Source: Terriglobia bacterium (GTDB lineage: Bacteria; Acidobacteriota; Polarisedimenticolia; Polarisedimenticolales; JAIQFR01). Taken from it: DNA of 64,000 nt. How positions within the stretch are numbered: position 1 is the first letter of the stretch; the number at the start of each line of letters is the position of its first letter. A program made the position numbers and the translations under genes. The stretch lies in contig CAVVHE010000004.1 of the NCBI GenBank assembly GCA_963748015.1, positions 288,001 to 352,000 of the forward strand, written 5' to 3'. This document shows, piece after piece, positions 8,466 to 19,795 of the stretch. Below the pieces are notes generated by a model, which worked only from the letters and a program-made list of their open reading frames with translations, was not told where the DNA came from and searched no databases.

Positions 8466-9805
8466 GCAACCCCCTCGGGGCCCGACTCGGCGGGCAGGCG
8501 CGATGCGATCTCGTCCTCGAGCCGCTCCCGGACCCCCTCGAGCGGGATCCTCTCGAGCACCTCGCCGACGAACGCCCGGATCAAGAGGTGCCGGGCCGCC
8601 TCCGGTCCCAGGCCGCGGGAGCGCAGGTAGAAGATCGCCTCGGGATCGAGCTGCCCCACGGTGGCGCCGTGGGTGCACTTGACGTCGTTGGCGTAGATCT
8701 CGAGCTGCGGGCGGGTGAACACGAGCGCGTCCCGGGAAAGCAGGAGGTTCCGGTTCGACTGGAACGCGTTGGTCCCCTGCGCGTCCGGCCTCACGTGGAT
8801 CCTCCCGTTGAAGACCGCGCGCGCGGTGCCGCCGAGAATTCCCTTGTAGAGCTGCCGGCTCGTGCCCTCCGGGACGGCGTGGTCGAGCGACGTCCGGTGG
8901 TCCACGTGACGGGTGCCGTCGGCAAGATAGAGGCCGTGCAGGACGCACTCGGCTCCGGCGGCGGCGAGCGTCGCGCCGACCTCGACGCGCGCCCAGCGAG
9001 CGCCGAGCGAGAGCGCGTGGGACGCGAAGCGCGCCCCCGCGCCGAGCCGCGCGTCGAGCGAGCCGAGGTGCACCGCCGCGGCGCCTTCCGCCTGCAAGCG
9101 CAGGTGGTCGAGCGCGGCGCCGTCTCCGATTTCCGCCTCCGCCGCCGCGCTCGTGAGCCCGGCGCCGCCGTCCGAGGAGAGGAAGGTCTCGACGATCGTC
9201 GCCCGGCTCCCGGGTTCCGCCACGATCAGCGTGCGGGAGCAAGTCATCTCGGTCTCGGCGCGGCGCGCGGTCACGTGCACGACGTGGACGGGCTCTTCCA
9301 CGGCGACCCCCGCGGGGATCCGCACCACCGCCGCGTCCTCGAAGAAGGCGGCGTTCATCGCGAGGAACGGCCGCGACTCGGACGATCCGATCCGGCCGAG
9401 CCGGGCCAGGGTGTTAGCCGGCAGCTCCCCGAGAGCCGCCGCGAGCGGGCCGGCGAAGAAGCCGGCATCGCGCGCCGGGAGGGCCGACAGCGCGGGGGCG
9501 AACCGGCCGTCCACGAGGACCAGCCGGAACTTCCCGGCGAACGCGAGGCGGGCGCTCGCGAGGAGGCCGGCCGTCTCGGGCGCCGGTCTCGCGGGGGCGG
9601 TCCGGAAGGGCGACCCGGCGACCGGCCCGACCGGGGTCTGGCGCCAGGCCTCCTCGCGGCCGGTCGGAAGCCCCGAGGACTCGAGGCGCCCGATCGACTC
9701 GCGGCGCAGCGCGACGAGCCACGACGGCTCCTTCGCATCGCGGTCCCGGCCCCGCTCGGCGAACGCCGAAAGGTAGGGCTCTGTCTCGGCGGCGGCTCGG
9801 ATCAT
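8462..9805 (-). CDS. sufD: Fe-S assembly protein SufD
   Basis: EAWRQT, PQLEIYANDVKCTHGATVG and FYLRSRG motifs. Confidence 0.94.
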   Translation of the reverse strand: MIRAAAETEPYLSAFAERGRDRDAKEPSWLVALRRESIGRLESSGLPTGREEAWRQTPVGPVAGSPFRTAPARPAPETAGLLASARLAFAGKFRLVLVDGRFAPALSALPARDAGFFAGPLAAALGELPANTLARLGRIGSSESRPFLAMNAAFFEDAAVVRIPAGVAVEEPVHVVHVTARRAETEMTCSRTLIVAEPGSRATIVETFLSSDGGAGLTSAAAEAEIGDGAALDHLRLQAEGAAAVHLGSLDARLGAGARFASHALSLGARWARVEVGATLAAAGAECVLHGLYLADGTRHVDHRTSLDHAVPEGTSRQLYKGILGGTARAVFNGRIHVRPDAQGTNAFQSNRNLLLSRDALVFTRPQLEIYANDVKCTHGATVGQLDPEAIFYLRSRGLGPEAARHLLIRAFVGEVLERIPLEGVRERLEDEIASRLPAESGPEGVA

Positions 9806-9819
9806 CTTCCGGCTCCCCG

Positions 9820-10616
<797 letters not shown>

Positions 10617-10620
<4 letters not shown>

Positions 10621-12062
10621 CCGACGCTCCCCTCGAGGCTCACGCCCAGCAGCTTCTGCGCCTCGACCGCGAACTCCATCGGCAGCTCGCGGAACACTTC
10701 CTTGCAGAACCCGTTGACGATCATGCCGACGGCGTCCTCGGCCGAGATCCCGCGCTGCTGGCAGTAGAAGATCTGGTCCTCGCCGATCTTGGAGACCGAC
10801 GCCTCGTGCTCCACCGTCGCCGACGGGTTCCCCACGTCGATGTACGGGAAGGTGTGCGCGCCGCACTTGTCGCCCAGCAGCATCGAGTCGCACTGGGAGT
10901 AGTTCCGCGCGCCCTCGGCCCCCTTCAGGATCTTCACCTGGCCGCGGTAGGTGTTCTGCCCGTGCCCCGCGGAGATCCCCTTCGAGACGATGGTGCTCCG
11001 CGTGTTCTTCCCGACGTGGATCATCTTGGTGCCGGTGTCCGCCTGCTGCCGGTTGGCGGCGACGGCGACGGAGTAGAACTCGCCGACCGACTCGTCCCCC
11101 TGCAGGATGCAGCTCGGGTACTTCCAGGTGATCGCGGATCCGGTCTCCACCTGCGTCCACGAGATCTTGGACCGGCGGCCGGCGGCCTTGCCACGCTTGG
11201 TCACGAAGTTGTAGATCCCGCCCTTGCCGTCCTTGTCTCCCGGGTACCAGTTCTGGACCGTGGAGTACTTGATCGTCGCCCCCTCGAGCGCGACGAGCTC
11301 GACCACCGCGGCGTGGAGCTGGTTCTCGTCGCGCGCAGGGGCGGTGCACCCCTCGAGGTAGCTCACGTACGCCCCCTCCTCGGCGACGATCAGCGTCCGC
11401 TCGAACTGCCCGGTGTTCGCGGCGTTGATGCGGAAGTAGGTGCTCAGCTCCATCGGGCAGCGGACGCCCTTCGGGACGAAGCAGAACGAGCCGTCGCTGA
11501 ACACCGCGGAGTTGAGGGCGGCGAAGAAGTTGTCCGTGTGAGGGACCACCGTGCCGAGGTACTTCCTCACCAGCTCCGGGTGCTCGCGGACCGCCTCGGA
11601 AAACGGGCAGAAGACGACGCCGAGCTCCGCGAGCTTGCCCTTGAAGGTCGTGGCCACCGAGACGCTGTCGAACACCGCGTCCACCGCGACCCCCGCCAGC
11701 AGCTCCCGCTCCCGCAGCGGTATGCCGAGCTTCTCGTAGGTGCGGAGCAGCTCGGGGTCCACGTCCTCGAGGCTCTTAGGCCGGTTCGCGGACTTCGGCG
11801 CGGCGTAGTAGACGATCTTCCCGTAGTCGATGGGCGGGTACTCGATGTGAGCCCAGTGGGGCTCCTTCATCTCGAGCCAGTGCCGGAACGCGCGCAGCCG
11901 CCACTCGAGCATGAACTCCGGCTCGTGCTTCCGGGCCGAGATCGCGCGTACCACGTCCTCGTCGAGCCCCGGGGGGAGCGACTCGGACTCGATGTCGGTG
12001 ACGAACCCGTACTTGTACTCGCGGTTCGCGAGCTCCTCCATGGAGGTCGTCTCTTCGCTCAT
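10617..12062 (-). CDS. sufB: Fe-S assembly protein SufB
   Basis: [27 protein letters not shown] and LPMEFAVEA motifs. Confidence 0.97.
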
Positions 12063-12580
12063 GACGTCTCCATCGCGCCGCGGTCCGCCGAGGCCGTCGC
12101 CGGCCTCGGGTCGTCGCCGGCCGTCGCGGAGTCCGCGCCGGCGGGCACCGGGCCGAGCGAGATCAGGGAGGGGATCGGGGAGCCCACCATCTCGGAGAGC
12201 GGGATCATCTCGAGTGCGCCGCGGACGGCGAGGCTGATCCGCTGCCAGTTGATCCGGACGGGGCAGCTCGGCTCCTGCTCGCAGCTCCCCGGGTTCGAGG
12301 AACACTCGGTCATGCCGATCGGTCCCTCGAGGGCGCCGATGATGTCGCCCATCGTGATCCGGTCCGGGAGCCGGGCCAGGCTGTAGCCGCCCTTGACCCC
12401 CCGGTGGGAGGCCAGGATTCCCCCCCGGGCGAGCGTCTTCAGGATCTTGCTGACCATCGGGACCGGCAGCCGGCATTCCCGCGCCGCGTCACGCGCCGTG
12501 AGGATGCGCTCCGGCGGCCTGCTGGCCAGATAGGCCAGAAGGATGATCCCGTAGTCGGTTTGTCGCGTAATACGGATCAT
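12059..12580 (-). CDS. Rrf2-family SUF system transcriptional regulator
   Basis: [19 protein letters not shown] and the three-Cys motif [14 protein letters not shown]; first gene of the suf operon. Confidence 0.92.
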   Translation of the reverse strand: MIRITRQTDYGIILLAYLASRPPERILTARDAARECRLPVPMVSKILKTLARGGILASHRGVKGGYSLARLPDRITMGDIIGALEGPIGMTECSSNPGSCEQEPSCPVRINWQRISLAVRGALEMIPLSEMVGSPIPSLISLGPVPAGADSATAGDDPRPATASADRGAMETS

Positions 12581-12598
12581 GCCGGCCGCCTCCCGAAT

Positions 12599-12623
12599 AA
12601 ATCGTACTATCAAGGTCCACTTT
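12599..12623. promoter_or_regulatory. Putative Rrf2/IscR-type operator
   Basis: AT-rich imperfect dyad AAATCGTAC-N7-GTCCACTTT ~20 bp upstream of the rrf2 start. Confidence 0.6.
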
Positions 12624-12733
12624 CCGCAAGAGGGTCGGTCCGGCGGCCGCGACCGGCTGGAAAGCGCCGTGCGGGCTACACTATCCCGGTTCCGCGACCG
12701 GATATCGCCCCAACGGGGGCGGGGAGGATCGGG

Positions 12734-15700
12734 ATGCTCGCGACGCGGCTGGGAGAGAAGGAAAGCAGGGGAGGCGCGGCCGGCAGGGATCGGTCCGAGC
12801 GTGTCCGGCTCGCGGCTCGCCGGACGGCGCTCGCCGTGCTCGCGGCGCTCGTCGCGGGTCTCGGCGTCACGAGGCTCGTCCCCCAGGAACCGCCAGGCCT
12901 TCCGCTCGCGGTCGGGAACACGGGATGGGTGGACGTCGACTACGGTCCGCTCGTCAACCGGCGCGAGCTGACCCACTCCGGCGATTCGGTGGGCGGCCTC
13001 CTCGTGAGGCTGGACGGCAGGCCCTATCCGGTGCCGGGCGAGAGGCTCGAGGACAGGGGGATGCACCGCCTCCTCGACCCGATCCTCGAGCCGTACGCGT
13101 TCGTGCTGCCCGACGTCCTCGACTCGCTCTCGGCCGTTCCGGACCCGCCGCTCGTCGAGGTCGGCGACCTGTGGCGGCCGGGCGAGGCGCAGCCGGCGTG
13201 GGCCGAGCTCTTGCGGGCGAGGCACTACGTGGTCGAGAGCGACGGGCAGGGGCGCTTCCGCGCGTGCGTCCCCTGGGCGCCGCCGCCCGCCACCGCAGGC
13301 CCCGCGGTCTCCGCCGGAACGGCCGCGCGCGAGGCCTGGGAGGCCGCGTGGCCGGTGCTCCGCCACGTCGTCGCCGCGGAGAGGCGCCTGCTCGCGCTGC
13401 GGGCCGGCGACAGGCCCGAGTCGCACCCGGTCGACGTCGAGGTCCACGCCTACGTGCACTCCCCCGAGCGCACGAAGTTCCGCCTCGGCCTCGAGACCTA
13501 CCGCGTCCGCGTGGAGAGCACGGCCGCGCGCGGCAAACGGCCGCCTCTCGACGTCGCCGCCTGGCAGGGGTTCGTCGATCGCGGGCTCGAGCTCGAAGGC
13601 GGGCTCCTCGCTCCCGACGGGACCCTGCGGCTCCTCGGTTCCCCCGCGGCCACGCCCCCCGGGCTCCTCGGCGGGAAGGCGACCCTCTCCGATTTCGCGG
13701 TCGCTTACCGCGCGGTGTTCCACGGCGGGCGCGCCGAGCCGTACATGAGCCTCGACCGGGGGGATGCGCCGCACGTCTCGAAGGTGAACTTCGGCGGCCG
13801 GCTGCAGGACACGTCGCTCGGTCTCGTCAGTCTTCGGAGCGACATCCGATTCAAGACCTTCAGCGTCGGGATCGACGTGACCGAGGGGGCGGACGCGCGG
13901 GAGGCCTTGAGGCGGGCGGTCCCGTCGTTCCGCACCCACCTCGAGCGCTTCGCGACCGACCCGGCGTCCAAGGGAATGATGGGGCAGCAGACGCGGCTGT
14001 GGTTCTACCCCGACGACGTCAACGTCAGCCTCTCCGCCGAGGAGGACGTGATGGTGATGCGGCGCGCTCGGATGACCGCGGCCTCCGAGCGGGTGCAGGA
14101 CGCGACGCAGGGGGCCCCGCCGGTCGAGGACCCGCCCTGGACCAAGGCGACGATCGCCGCGATCAACCGCGACTACGACGCGCTCTCGCGCGCGCTGCCC
14201 GAGCTCCGCGATCTCGACCGTGTGGCCCGGCTCCTGACGATGTTCACCTGGCTGCGCCAGGAGGCCGCCGAGGGACGGGTCATCCCGGACCTCGACGCCC
14301 TGCTCGACGTGACGCTCCCGGCGCTCCCGACGGCGAGGCGCTTCCCGCAGCTGCTCGCGTTCAACGCCCTTCCGCCCAGCGGCGGGCAGGGCGACGCGGA
14401 CGTGGTCGATCGCGCACCCGTCGCCGAGGCGCTCGAGCGGCTCCGGCCGGCCGACGGGATGATGCTCCCCGCGGCGCGGCGCCTCGAGCGCGCGGTCGCT
14501 GCGCTCGACCGTTCCGTCCCGTCGCACGACGCGCTCGCGAAGGAGCTTCTGGGCCTCGAAGTCTCGAAGCTCGACCCGGCGGCGATCGACGGGGAGGCCT
14601 ACCGCGCGGAGCGTCTCGTCATGCACCAGCTCGTGCTCCGCACGCTCGCTCCGCAGGAGCGCGACAGATTCAAGGCGAAGGAGAAGGCCCTCGGCGGGCT
14701 GCGCGCGTTCAGCGTCGGCATCGGCGGTGTCGACCTCGGGATGTCGCAGGCGCTCGAGCGCGCATCGAGGCGCGACGCGAGCCGCGACCCAGGAGGCGCG
14801 CCGCGCGAGCAGGGCACGCGCGCCGCGCCGGCGCCCGCGGGCGCCGCGAGCTCCGCCGTCTCCGGCGCGATCGCGCCGGAGGACCCGGCGGTAGGGCCCG
14901 TGCTGCCCGAACACGGCGCGGACCCGCGCGCGAGGAAGGAGTACGCGCGGGAGATCGGGACGAGCCGCATCCGGAAGTCCATGTACGGCTCGACGCCGGT
15001 GCCGCGCCCCTTCCTCCACGTCGTGATGGGGGCGGACGGGCCGGACGCGCGCAGCCGTCTCGTCGTGATGGACCTCGACGGGAGGGCGCAGACGTTCGAG
15101 CGCTCCGACGGCTGGCGATTCCTTCGCTACGCGCTCGAGCCGAGGGGAGACGCCCTCGTCGCGCGTCTCGTGGCGCAGCCGCCGATCCCCGCGACCCTGT
15201 TGACCCCGAGGCCTCCCGACACGCCGATCTCCGATCTGCCGGGATCCCTTTCCACCCTCGAGGTCGTGCCGGACCCGGCGGCGGGGGCCGCCGAGAGCCC
15301 GTCGGTTCGACTCAGGACCCGGGCCTCGGGCCGCCCCGCGGCGGAGGCCGGCTTCCCGCGCCGCGTCCTGCAGAGGCTGGTCCTCGGCGCGGGCGTGGAT
15401 CTGTCCGCGGGGAACCCTCTCCCGGGCCTCGGCTCCCCGCAGCAGGCGTTCGGGAGCGCAACGCGCGTGATGGCGCTGATGCGACCGGCGCAGGAGCTGC
15501 CGCCGTGGTCGGGGACCTCGGAGCCTCTTCCCGGGGAGGAGGACCCGGTGAAGCTCGGAGTCGCCGCCGGCCGCTGGTGGGCGGCGGATCCCGCGGCCGC
15601 CGGGGCGGTCCCCCTGGTCGTCCTCGGGACGTCCGGCGCGCGGTCGGTCGAGCGGTGGGAGAAGGCCCCGGCGCCCGTGAGCGGAGCGCTTCTCCTCCTT

Positions 15701-16120
15701 CCCGACGACGCCTTCCCCGGCCCCGTGGCCCCGATCCGGGAAGAGATCGCTGCGGCGTGGGGGACCGAGCGGACGGCGCGGACGCTCGCGCCCGGGAAGG
15801 TTCCGGATCTCGTCGTCCTCGCGAGCGCCGAGCCGCCGGCGCTCCTGGGGGCACGCTTGAGAGCGCTCGCTCGCGATCCCGCGATGAAGGGGAAGCTCCT
15901 CGCGGTCTGGCCGATTGGCGGACCGGTGCGGGGAGACCTCCCCGCTTCGCTCCTCGACGAGGGGAACCTCGCCGGGTTCGGGATCGGCGAGTGGTCGCCC
16001 GTCGGGCTTCACCGCTTCGCCCGCGAGGCCGGTCGCCTCGCGCAGTCCACGTCCGGCGGCCCGGCGGCGCGGAAGGGGAGGGCCGAGGAGCTGGCGCCGT
16101 ACTTCGCCTGGTACTTCTGA
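12734..16120 (+). CDS. Large membrane-anchored hypothetical protein (~1128 aa), possibly containing a DUF1598-like region
   Basis: Natural-looking composition, N-terminal TM (TALAVLAALVAGLGV) and GGAGG RBS. The central YMSLD...SDIRFKTFSVG...RLWF segment recalls DUF1598 (unverified). Confidence 0.7.
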   Translation: MLATRLGEKESRGGAAGRDRSERVRLAARRTALAVLAALVAGLGVTRLVPQEPPGLPLAVGNTGWVDVDYGPLVNRRELTHSGDSVGGLLVRLDGRPYPVPGERLEDRGMHRLLDPILEPYAFVLPDVLDSLSAVPDPPLVEVGDLWRPGEAQPAWAELLRARHYVVESDGQGRFRACVPWAPPPATAGPAVSAGTAAREAWEAAWPVLRHVVAAERRLLALRAGDRPESHPVDVEVHAYVHSPERTKFRLGLETYRVRVESTAARGKRPPLDVAAWQGFVDRGLELEGGLLAPDGTLRLLGSPAATPPGLLGGKATLSDFAVAYRAVFHGGRAEPYMSLDRGDAPHVSKVNFGGRLQDTSLGLVSLRSDIRFKTFSVGIDVTEGADAREALRRAVPSFRTHLERFATDPASKGMMGQQTRLWFYPDDVNVSLSAEEDVMVMRRARMTAASERVQDATQGAPPVEDPPWTKATIAAINRDYDALSRALPELRDLDRVARLLTMFTWLRQEAAEGRVIPDLDALLDVTLPALPTARRFPQLLAFNALPPSGGQGDADVVDRAPVAEALERLRPADGMMLPAARRLERAVAALDRSVPSHDALAKELLGLEVSKLDPAAIDGEAYRAERLVMHQLVLRTLAPQERDRFKAKEKALGGLRAFSVGIGGVDLGMSQALERASRRDASRDPGGAPREQGTRAAPAPAGAASSAVSGAIAPEDPAVGPVLPEHGADPRARKEYAREIGTSRIRKSMYGSTPVPRPFLHVVMGADGPDARSRLVVMDLDGRAQTFERSDGWRFLRYALEPRGDALVARLVAQPPIPATLLTPRPPDTPISDLPGSLSTLEVVPDPAAGAAESPSVRLRTRASGRPAAEAGFPRRVLQRLVLGAGVDLSAGNPLPGLGSPQQAFGSATRVMALMRPAQELPPWSGTSEPLPGEEDPVKLGVAAGRWWAADPAAAGAVPLVVLGTSGARSVERWEKAPAPVSGALLLLPDDAFPGPVAPIREEIAAAWGTERTARTLAPGKVPDLVVLASAEPPALLGARLRALARDPAMKGKLLAVWPIGGPVRGDLPASLLDEGNLAGFGIGEWSPVGLHRFAREAGRLAQSTSGGPAARKGRAEELAPYFAWYF

Positions 16121-16205
16121 CCGGCCCGCGTCGGGGCCGCCGCCGGTTCCGGTATGATGTCGGCCTTTATCGCCTTGGAGGGGGAATGCGTCGAGGCTCG
16201 CGGGC

Positions 16206-18143
16206 GTGTGCGGCATAGCGGGAATCGCCGGTCGGCCGGGGATCGATCGGGAGCGCGGCGAGATCGTCCGCCGCATGACCGCGACGCTATTCCATAGGGG
16301 TCCCGACGGAGAAGGTCACGCGGCGAGAAGCGGGTGCGACCTGGGCTTCCGCCGCCTCGCCATCGTCGACCTCGCGGCGGTCTCCCCGCCGTTCCCGAAC
16401 GAGGACGGCACCGTCTGGACGATCTGCAACGGCGAGATCTACAACGGCGCCGAGCTGAGAGAGGGGCTCGAGAAGCGAGGGCACCGCTTCCACACCCACG
16501 TGGACACCGAGGTCCTGCCGCACCTCTACGAGGAGAACGGTCCCGGCCTCGTGGATCTCCTCGACGGGATGTTCGCCTTCGCGATCTGGGACGAGCGCGC
16601 CGGCCGGCTCGTCCTCGGCAGGGATCGCGCCGGGGAGAAGCCTCTCTTCTACTGGCAGGGCCCGGACGAGCTGGTGTTCGCCTCCGAGATCCGCGCGATG
16701 CTCGCGCACCCTAGGGTGCCGCGGGCCGTCGACCCGGTCGCGCTCTCCCGCTACCTGCTCCACGATTATTTCCCCGCGCCGCTGACCCCCCTGGCCGGTG
16801 TGCGCAAGCTCCCCGCCGGGCACCGGCTGGTCGCCGAGCGCGGCGAGGCTCGCGTCGAGCGGTACTGGGACCTCTCCGACCACTTCGGTCCAAGTGGACG
16901 CAGGGCGCCGCGGATGGCGGACGCCGCCCGCGAGGTGGACCGGCTCCTGGCGCAGGCGGTGTCGCGCCGCAAGCGCAGCGATGTCCCGGTCGGCGTGTTC
17001 CTGTCGGGAGGGATCGACTCGTCGTCGGTGCTGGCCCATCTCGCGGAGCAGAACGGCCCGGGCGTGCCGGTGTTCGCCCTCGGGCACGCCGATCCGGCCT
17101 TCGACGAGGCGCGGTTCGCGCGGGAGACCGCCAGGGCGTTCGGCGCGGAGTTCCACGAGCTGATCCTCGGAGAATCCGACCTCGCGGAGGGGCTTCGCCG
17201 CGTCGGCACGGAGTTCGACGAGCCGCTCGGCGACGCGTCCACGATCCCGACGCTGCTCCTGTCCCGCTTCGCGCGGCAGCGTGTCAAGGTGGTGCTCTCG
17301 GGGGAAGGGGCGGACGAGCTGTTCGCGGGATATCCGACCTACCTCGGCAACCGGGTCGCCGACGCCTACCGCCGCGTGCCGGGCCCCCTGCGCCGCGCTC
17401 TCCTGCGCATCGCGCGGTCCGCCTTTCCGGTTTCGATGGGCAACGTCGGGCTCGACTACCTCCTCGGGCGCTTCGCGGACGGAGCGGACCGCGACCGCAT
17501 CGAGCGCCACCACACCTGGTTCGGCAGCTTGGCGCCGGAGCGGCAGCGCGCCGTGCTCGCGCCGCGGGTCGCGGAGGCCGCGTCCGCCGACCCGTTCGAG
17601 TCCGCTCGCGCTCGCCTCCGCGGGCGGAAGCTCCCGGACGGGCTGGCGGAGCTCCTGTACACCGACTTCACGATGTATCTCCAGGACGATCTCCTGACGA
17701 AGGTGGACCGCGGGACGATGCTCGCGTCGCTCGAGTCCCGGGCGCCGTTCCTCGACCACGAGTTCGCGGAGTACGTCGCCTCGCTCCCGTCGTCGCTGAA
17801 GGTCCGCGGTCTGACGACGAAGGCCGTCCTGAGGCGGGCGGTGGCCCCCCGACTCCCCGCGGAGGTCCTGAAGCGGCGCAAGCGCGGCTTCAACATCCCG
17901 TTCTCGCGGTGGCTGCTCCATGGTCTCGGCGAGCAGCTGCGCGACCGCTTCTCGGAGGAGCGGGTCCGGGCGCGCGGCCTCCTCGCGCCCGGCGGCGTGG
18001 CCGCGCTCATCGAGGAGCACCTCTCGCGGCGCGCGGACCACCGCAAGCCGCTCTACACCCTTCTGGCACTCGACCTGTGGTGCGACCGGACCTACGGCGA
18101 CGGCGCCGCGGTCCCGCTTGCGACCGGGGTGCCAGCCCGATGA
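16206..18143 (+). CDS. asnB: Asparagine synthetase (glutamine-hydrolysing) family amidotransferase
   Basis: MCGIAG, HRGPD, NGEIYN, LSGGIDSS, SGEGADELFAGY and RAPFLD motifs. Confidence 0.93.
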   Translation: MCGIAGIAGRPGIDRERGEIVRRMTATLFHRGPDGEGHAARSGCDLGFRRLAIVDLAAVSPPFPNEDGTVWTICNGEIYNGAELREGLEKRGHRFHTHVDTEVLPHLYEENGPGLVDLLDGMFAFAIWDERAGRLVLGRDRAGEKPLFYWQGPDELVFASEIRAMLAHPRVPRAVDPVALSRYLLHDYFPAPLTPLAGVRKLPAGHRLVAERGEARVERYWDLSDHFGPSGRRAPRMADAAREVDRLLAQAVSRRKRSDVPVGVFLSGGIDSSSVLAHLAEQNGPGVPVFALGHADPAFDEARFARETARAFGAEFHELILGESDLAEGLRRVGTEFDEPLGDASTIPTLLLSRFARQRVKVVLSGEGADELFAGYPTYLGNRVADAYRRVPGPLRRALLRIARSAFPVSMGNVGLDYLLGRFADGADRDRIERHHTWFGSLAPERQRAVLAPRVAEAASADPFESARARLRGRKLPDGLAELLYTDFTMYLQDDLLTKVDRGTMLASLESRAPFLDHEFAEYVASLPSSLKVRGLTTKAVLRRAVAPRLPAEVLKRRKRGFNIPFSRWLLHGLGEQLRDRFSEERVRARGLLAPGGVAALIEEHLSRRADHRKPLYTLLALDLWCDRTYGDGAAVPLATGVPAR

Positions 18144-19771
18144 GGCGCTCCTCCGCGGTGCTGCTCCTCGCCGCGGTCATCCTCGGGTGGAACCTCTGGG
18201 GATACGACCTCTCTGCCCCCGACGAGCCTTACTTCGGCGAGGGGGCACGCGAGATGGTCGTGGACGGGAAGTGGGCGGTTCCCCACGTCAACGGCGTCGT
18301 GACCACCGACAAGCCGCCGCTTTTCTTCTGGCTGATCGCTCTCTTCTCGTTGCCGTTCGGGGCGGTGTCGTCGCTCACGGCGCGGCTCCCTTCCTTCCTC
18401 GCGGCGCTCGGCTCCGTGGCGCTCGCCATCCGCCTCGGCCGCAGGCTCGGCGGCGAGGCCGAGGGAGCGATGGCGGGGCTGCTCCTCGCGACGACCTACC
18501 TCGCGTGGGACAAGGGGCGCATGGCGCAGATCGACGCGCTCCTCTGCTTCCTGGTCCTCGTCGCGCTGTCGGCCTTCGAAGCGCACCGGTCCGGTGAGGC
18601 GCCGGGCAGGAGGGCGGGACTGCTGTTCTGGGCCGCGACGGGACTCGCGGTGCTCGCGAAGGGACCGGTCGGCCTCGTCATCCCCGTCGGGATCGCGATC
18701 GCCACCCTGGCCTTCGACCGCAACCTGCGCGCGTGGCGCTCGTTCGCCCCCTGGTCGGGGCCGGCGGTCTTCGTCCTCGTCGTCGGCGCGTGGATGGCGA
18801 TCGCGACGATCGGCGGGCAGGGGGAGTACTCGGTCTGGGGCGCGTTCGAGAAGCACGTGCTGAACCGCGCGATCCACGGGATGCACCACAAGCAACCCGC
18901 GTGGTACTACGCCAAGGTCCTGCCGGTCCAACTCCTCCCGTGGAGCGGGCTCCTTCCCGGCGCGCTCCTCCTCGCGTGGCGGCGCCGGCGCGCTCCGGCC
19001 GACCGACTCCTGCTCGTGTGGGCGGTGTTCGTGGTCGCGCTCTTCACGATCTCGACGGAGAAGAGGGACCTCTACGTGCTTCCGGCCGTCCCGGCGTTCG
19101 CGCTCCTCTTCGCGCGACTCGTCCGGGCGACGGAAGGGGACGGGGCGGGCGGGCGGGCGCCGCACCGGCGGTGGGTGACGGTCCCCCTGGCGGTGACCGG
19201 AGTCGTCTTCGCCGCCGCCGCTCTCGCCGTGCCCATCGCGGCGAGGCGTTTCCCCGAGTACCCGAAGGCGCCTCTTCTCGCGGTCGCGGCCGCGATGCTC
19301 GCGGGGGGCGCGGCGATCGCGATCGTCGCGTCGCGGGGGCGCGCGCGCGGCGCGGTCCTCGTCGCCGCCGCCGCCGTGTCGGTCGCCTACGTGACCGCCG
19401 CGGCCGTGGCGTACCCGGCGTTCGACCCGTTCCGCTCCGCCCGCGCGTTCACCGCGGAGGTCGAGGCCGCGACCGCCGGGTCGCGCGCCGCGGGAGAGCG
19501 GGTGCTCGCGTACAGGATCGGGAACCTCCCGCAGGCGATCGCGCTCTACTCGAACGGACTCTACACCGTCGAGACCGCGGAGCCCGGGGACCTGGCCTCG
19601 CACCTGATGCGCGACGCCGAGGTGTTCGCGGTGGCGGATCGGTCCCAGCTCGCCCTGCTCTCGCCCGAGGCGCGGGGACGCGTGGCGGTGCTGCGATCGG
19701 CCGCGCTCTCCTCGCGCGCCGTGGTCCTGATCTCGAATCGCGGGAGCGGGGACGCCGCGACGGTGCCCTGA
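18140..19771 (+). CDS. ArnT-like (GT39/GT83) glycosyltransferase
   Basis: PDEPYF...AREM, DKPPLFFW, ARLPS, LAKGPVG and KRDLYVLP motifs; polytopic; ATGA overlap with asnB. Confidence 0.9.
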   Translation: MRRSSAVLLLAAVILGWNLWGYDLSAPDEPYFGEGAREMVVDGKWAVPHVNGVVTTDKPPLFFWLIALFSLPFGAVSSLTARLPSFLAALGSVALAIRLGRRLGGEAEGAMAGLLLATTYLAWDKGRMAQIDALLCFLVLVALSAFEAHRSGEAPGRRAGLLFWAATGLAVLAKGPVGLVIPVGIAIATLAFDRNLRAWRSFAPWSGPAVFVLVVGAWMAIATIGGQGEYSVWGAFEKHVLNRAIHGMHHKQPAWYYAKVLPVQLLPWSGLLPGALLLAWRRRRAPADRLLLVWAVFVVALFTISTEKRDLYVLPAVPAFALLFARLVRATEGDGAGGRAPHRRWVTVPLAVTGVVFAAAALAVPIAARRFPEYPKAPLLAVAAAMLAGGAAIAIVASRGRARGAVLVAAAAVSVAYVTAAAVAYPAFDPFRSARAFTAEVEAATAGSRAAGERVLAYRIGNLPQAIALYSNGLYTVETAEPGDLASHLMRDAEVFAVADRSQLALLSPEARGRVAVLRSAALSSRAVVLISNRGSGDAATVP

Positions 19772-19795
19772 CGATTCGCCGCCCGCGCGGGAGGG

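Noticed and set aside
12581..16276. Long minus-strand ORF (1405 aa) extending upstream of rrf2
   Set aside because: Only the last 173 aa (Rrf2) are protein-like. The rest is an antisense shadow of the + strand gene, as expected at high GC.
16206..18143. Lasso peptide cyclase
   Set aside because: The glutaminase domain is intact (Cys2), and no B1/B2 proteins or precursor lie nearby.
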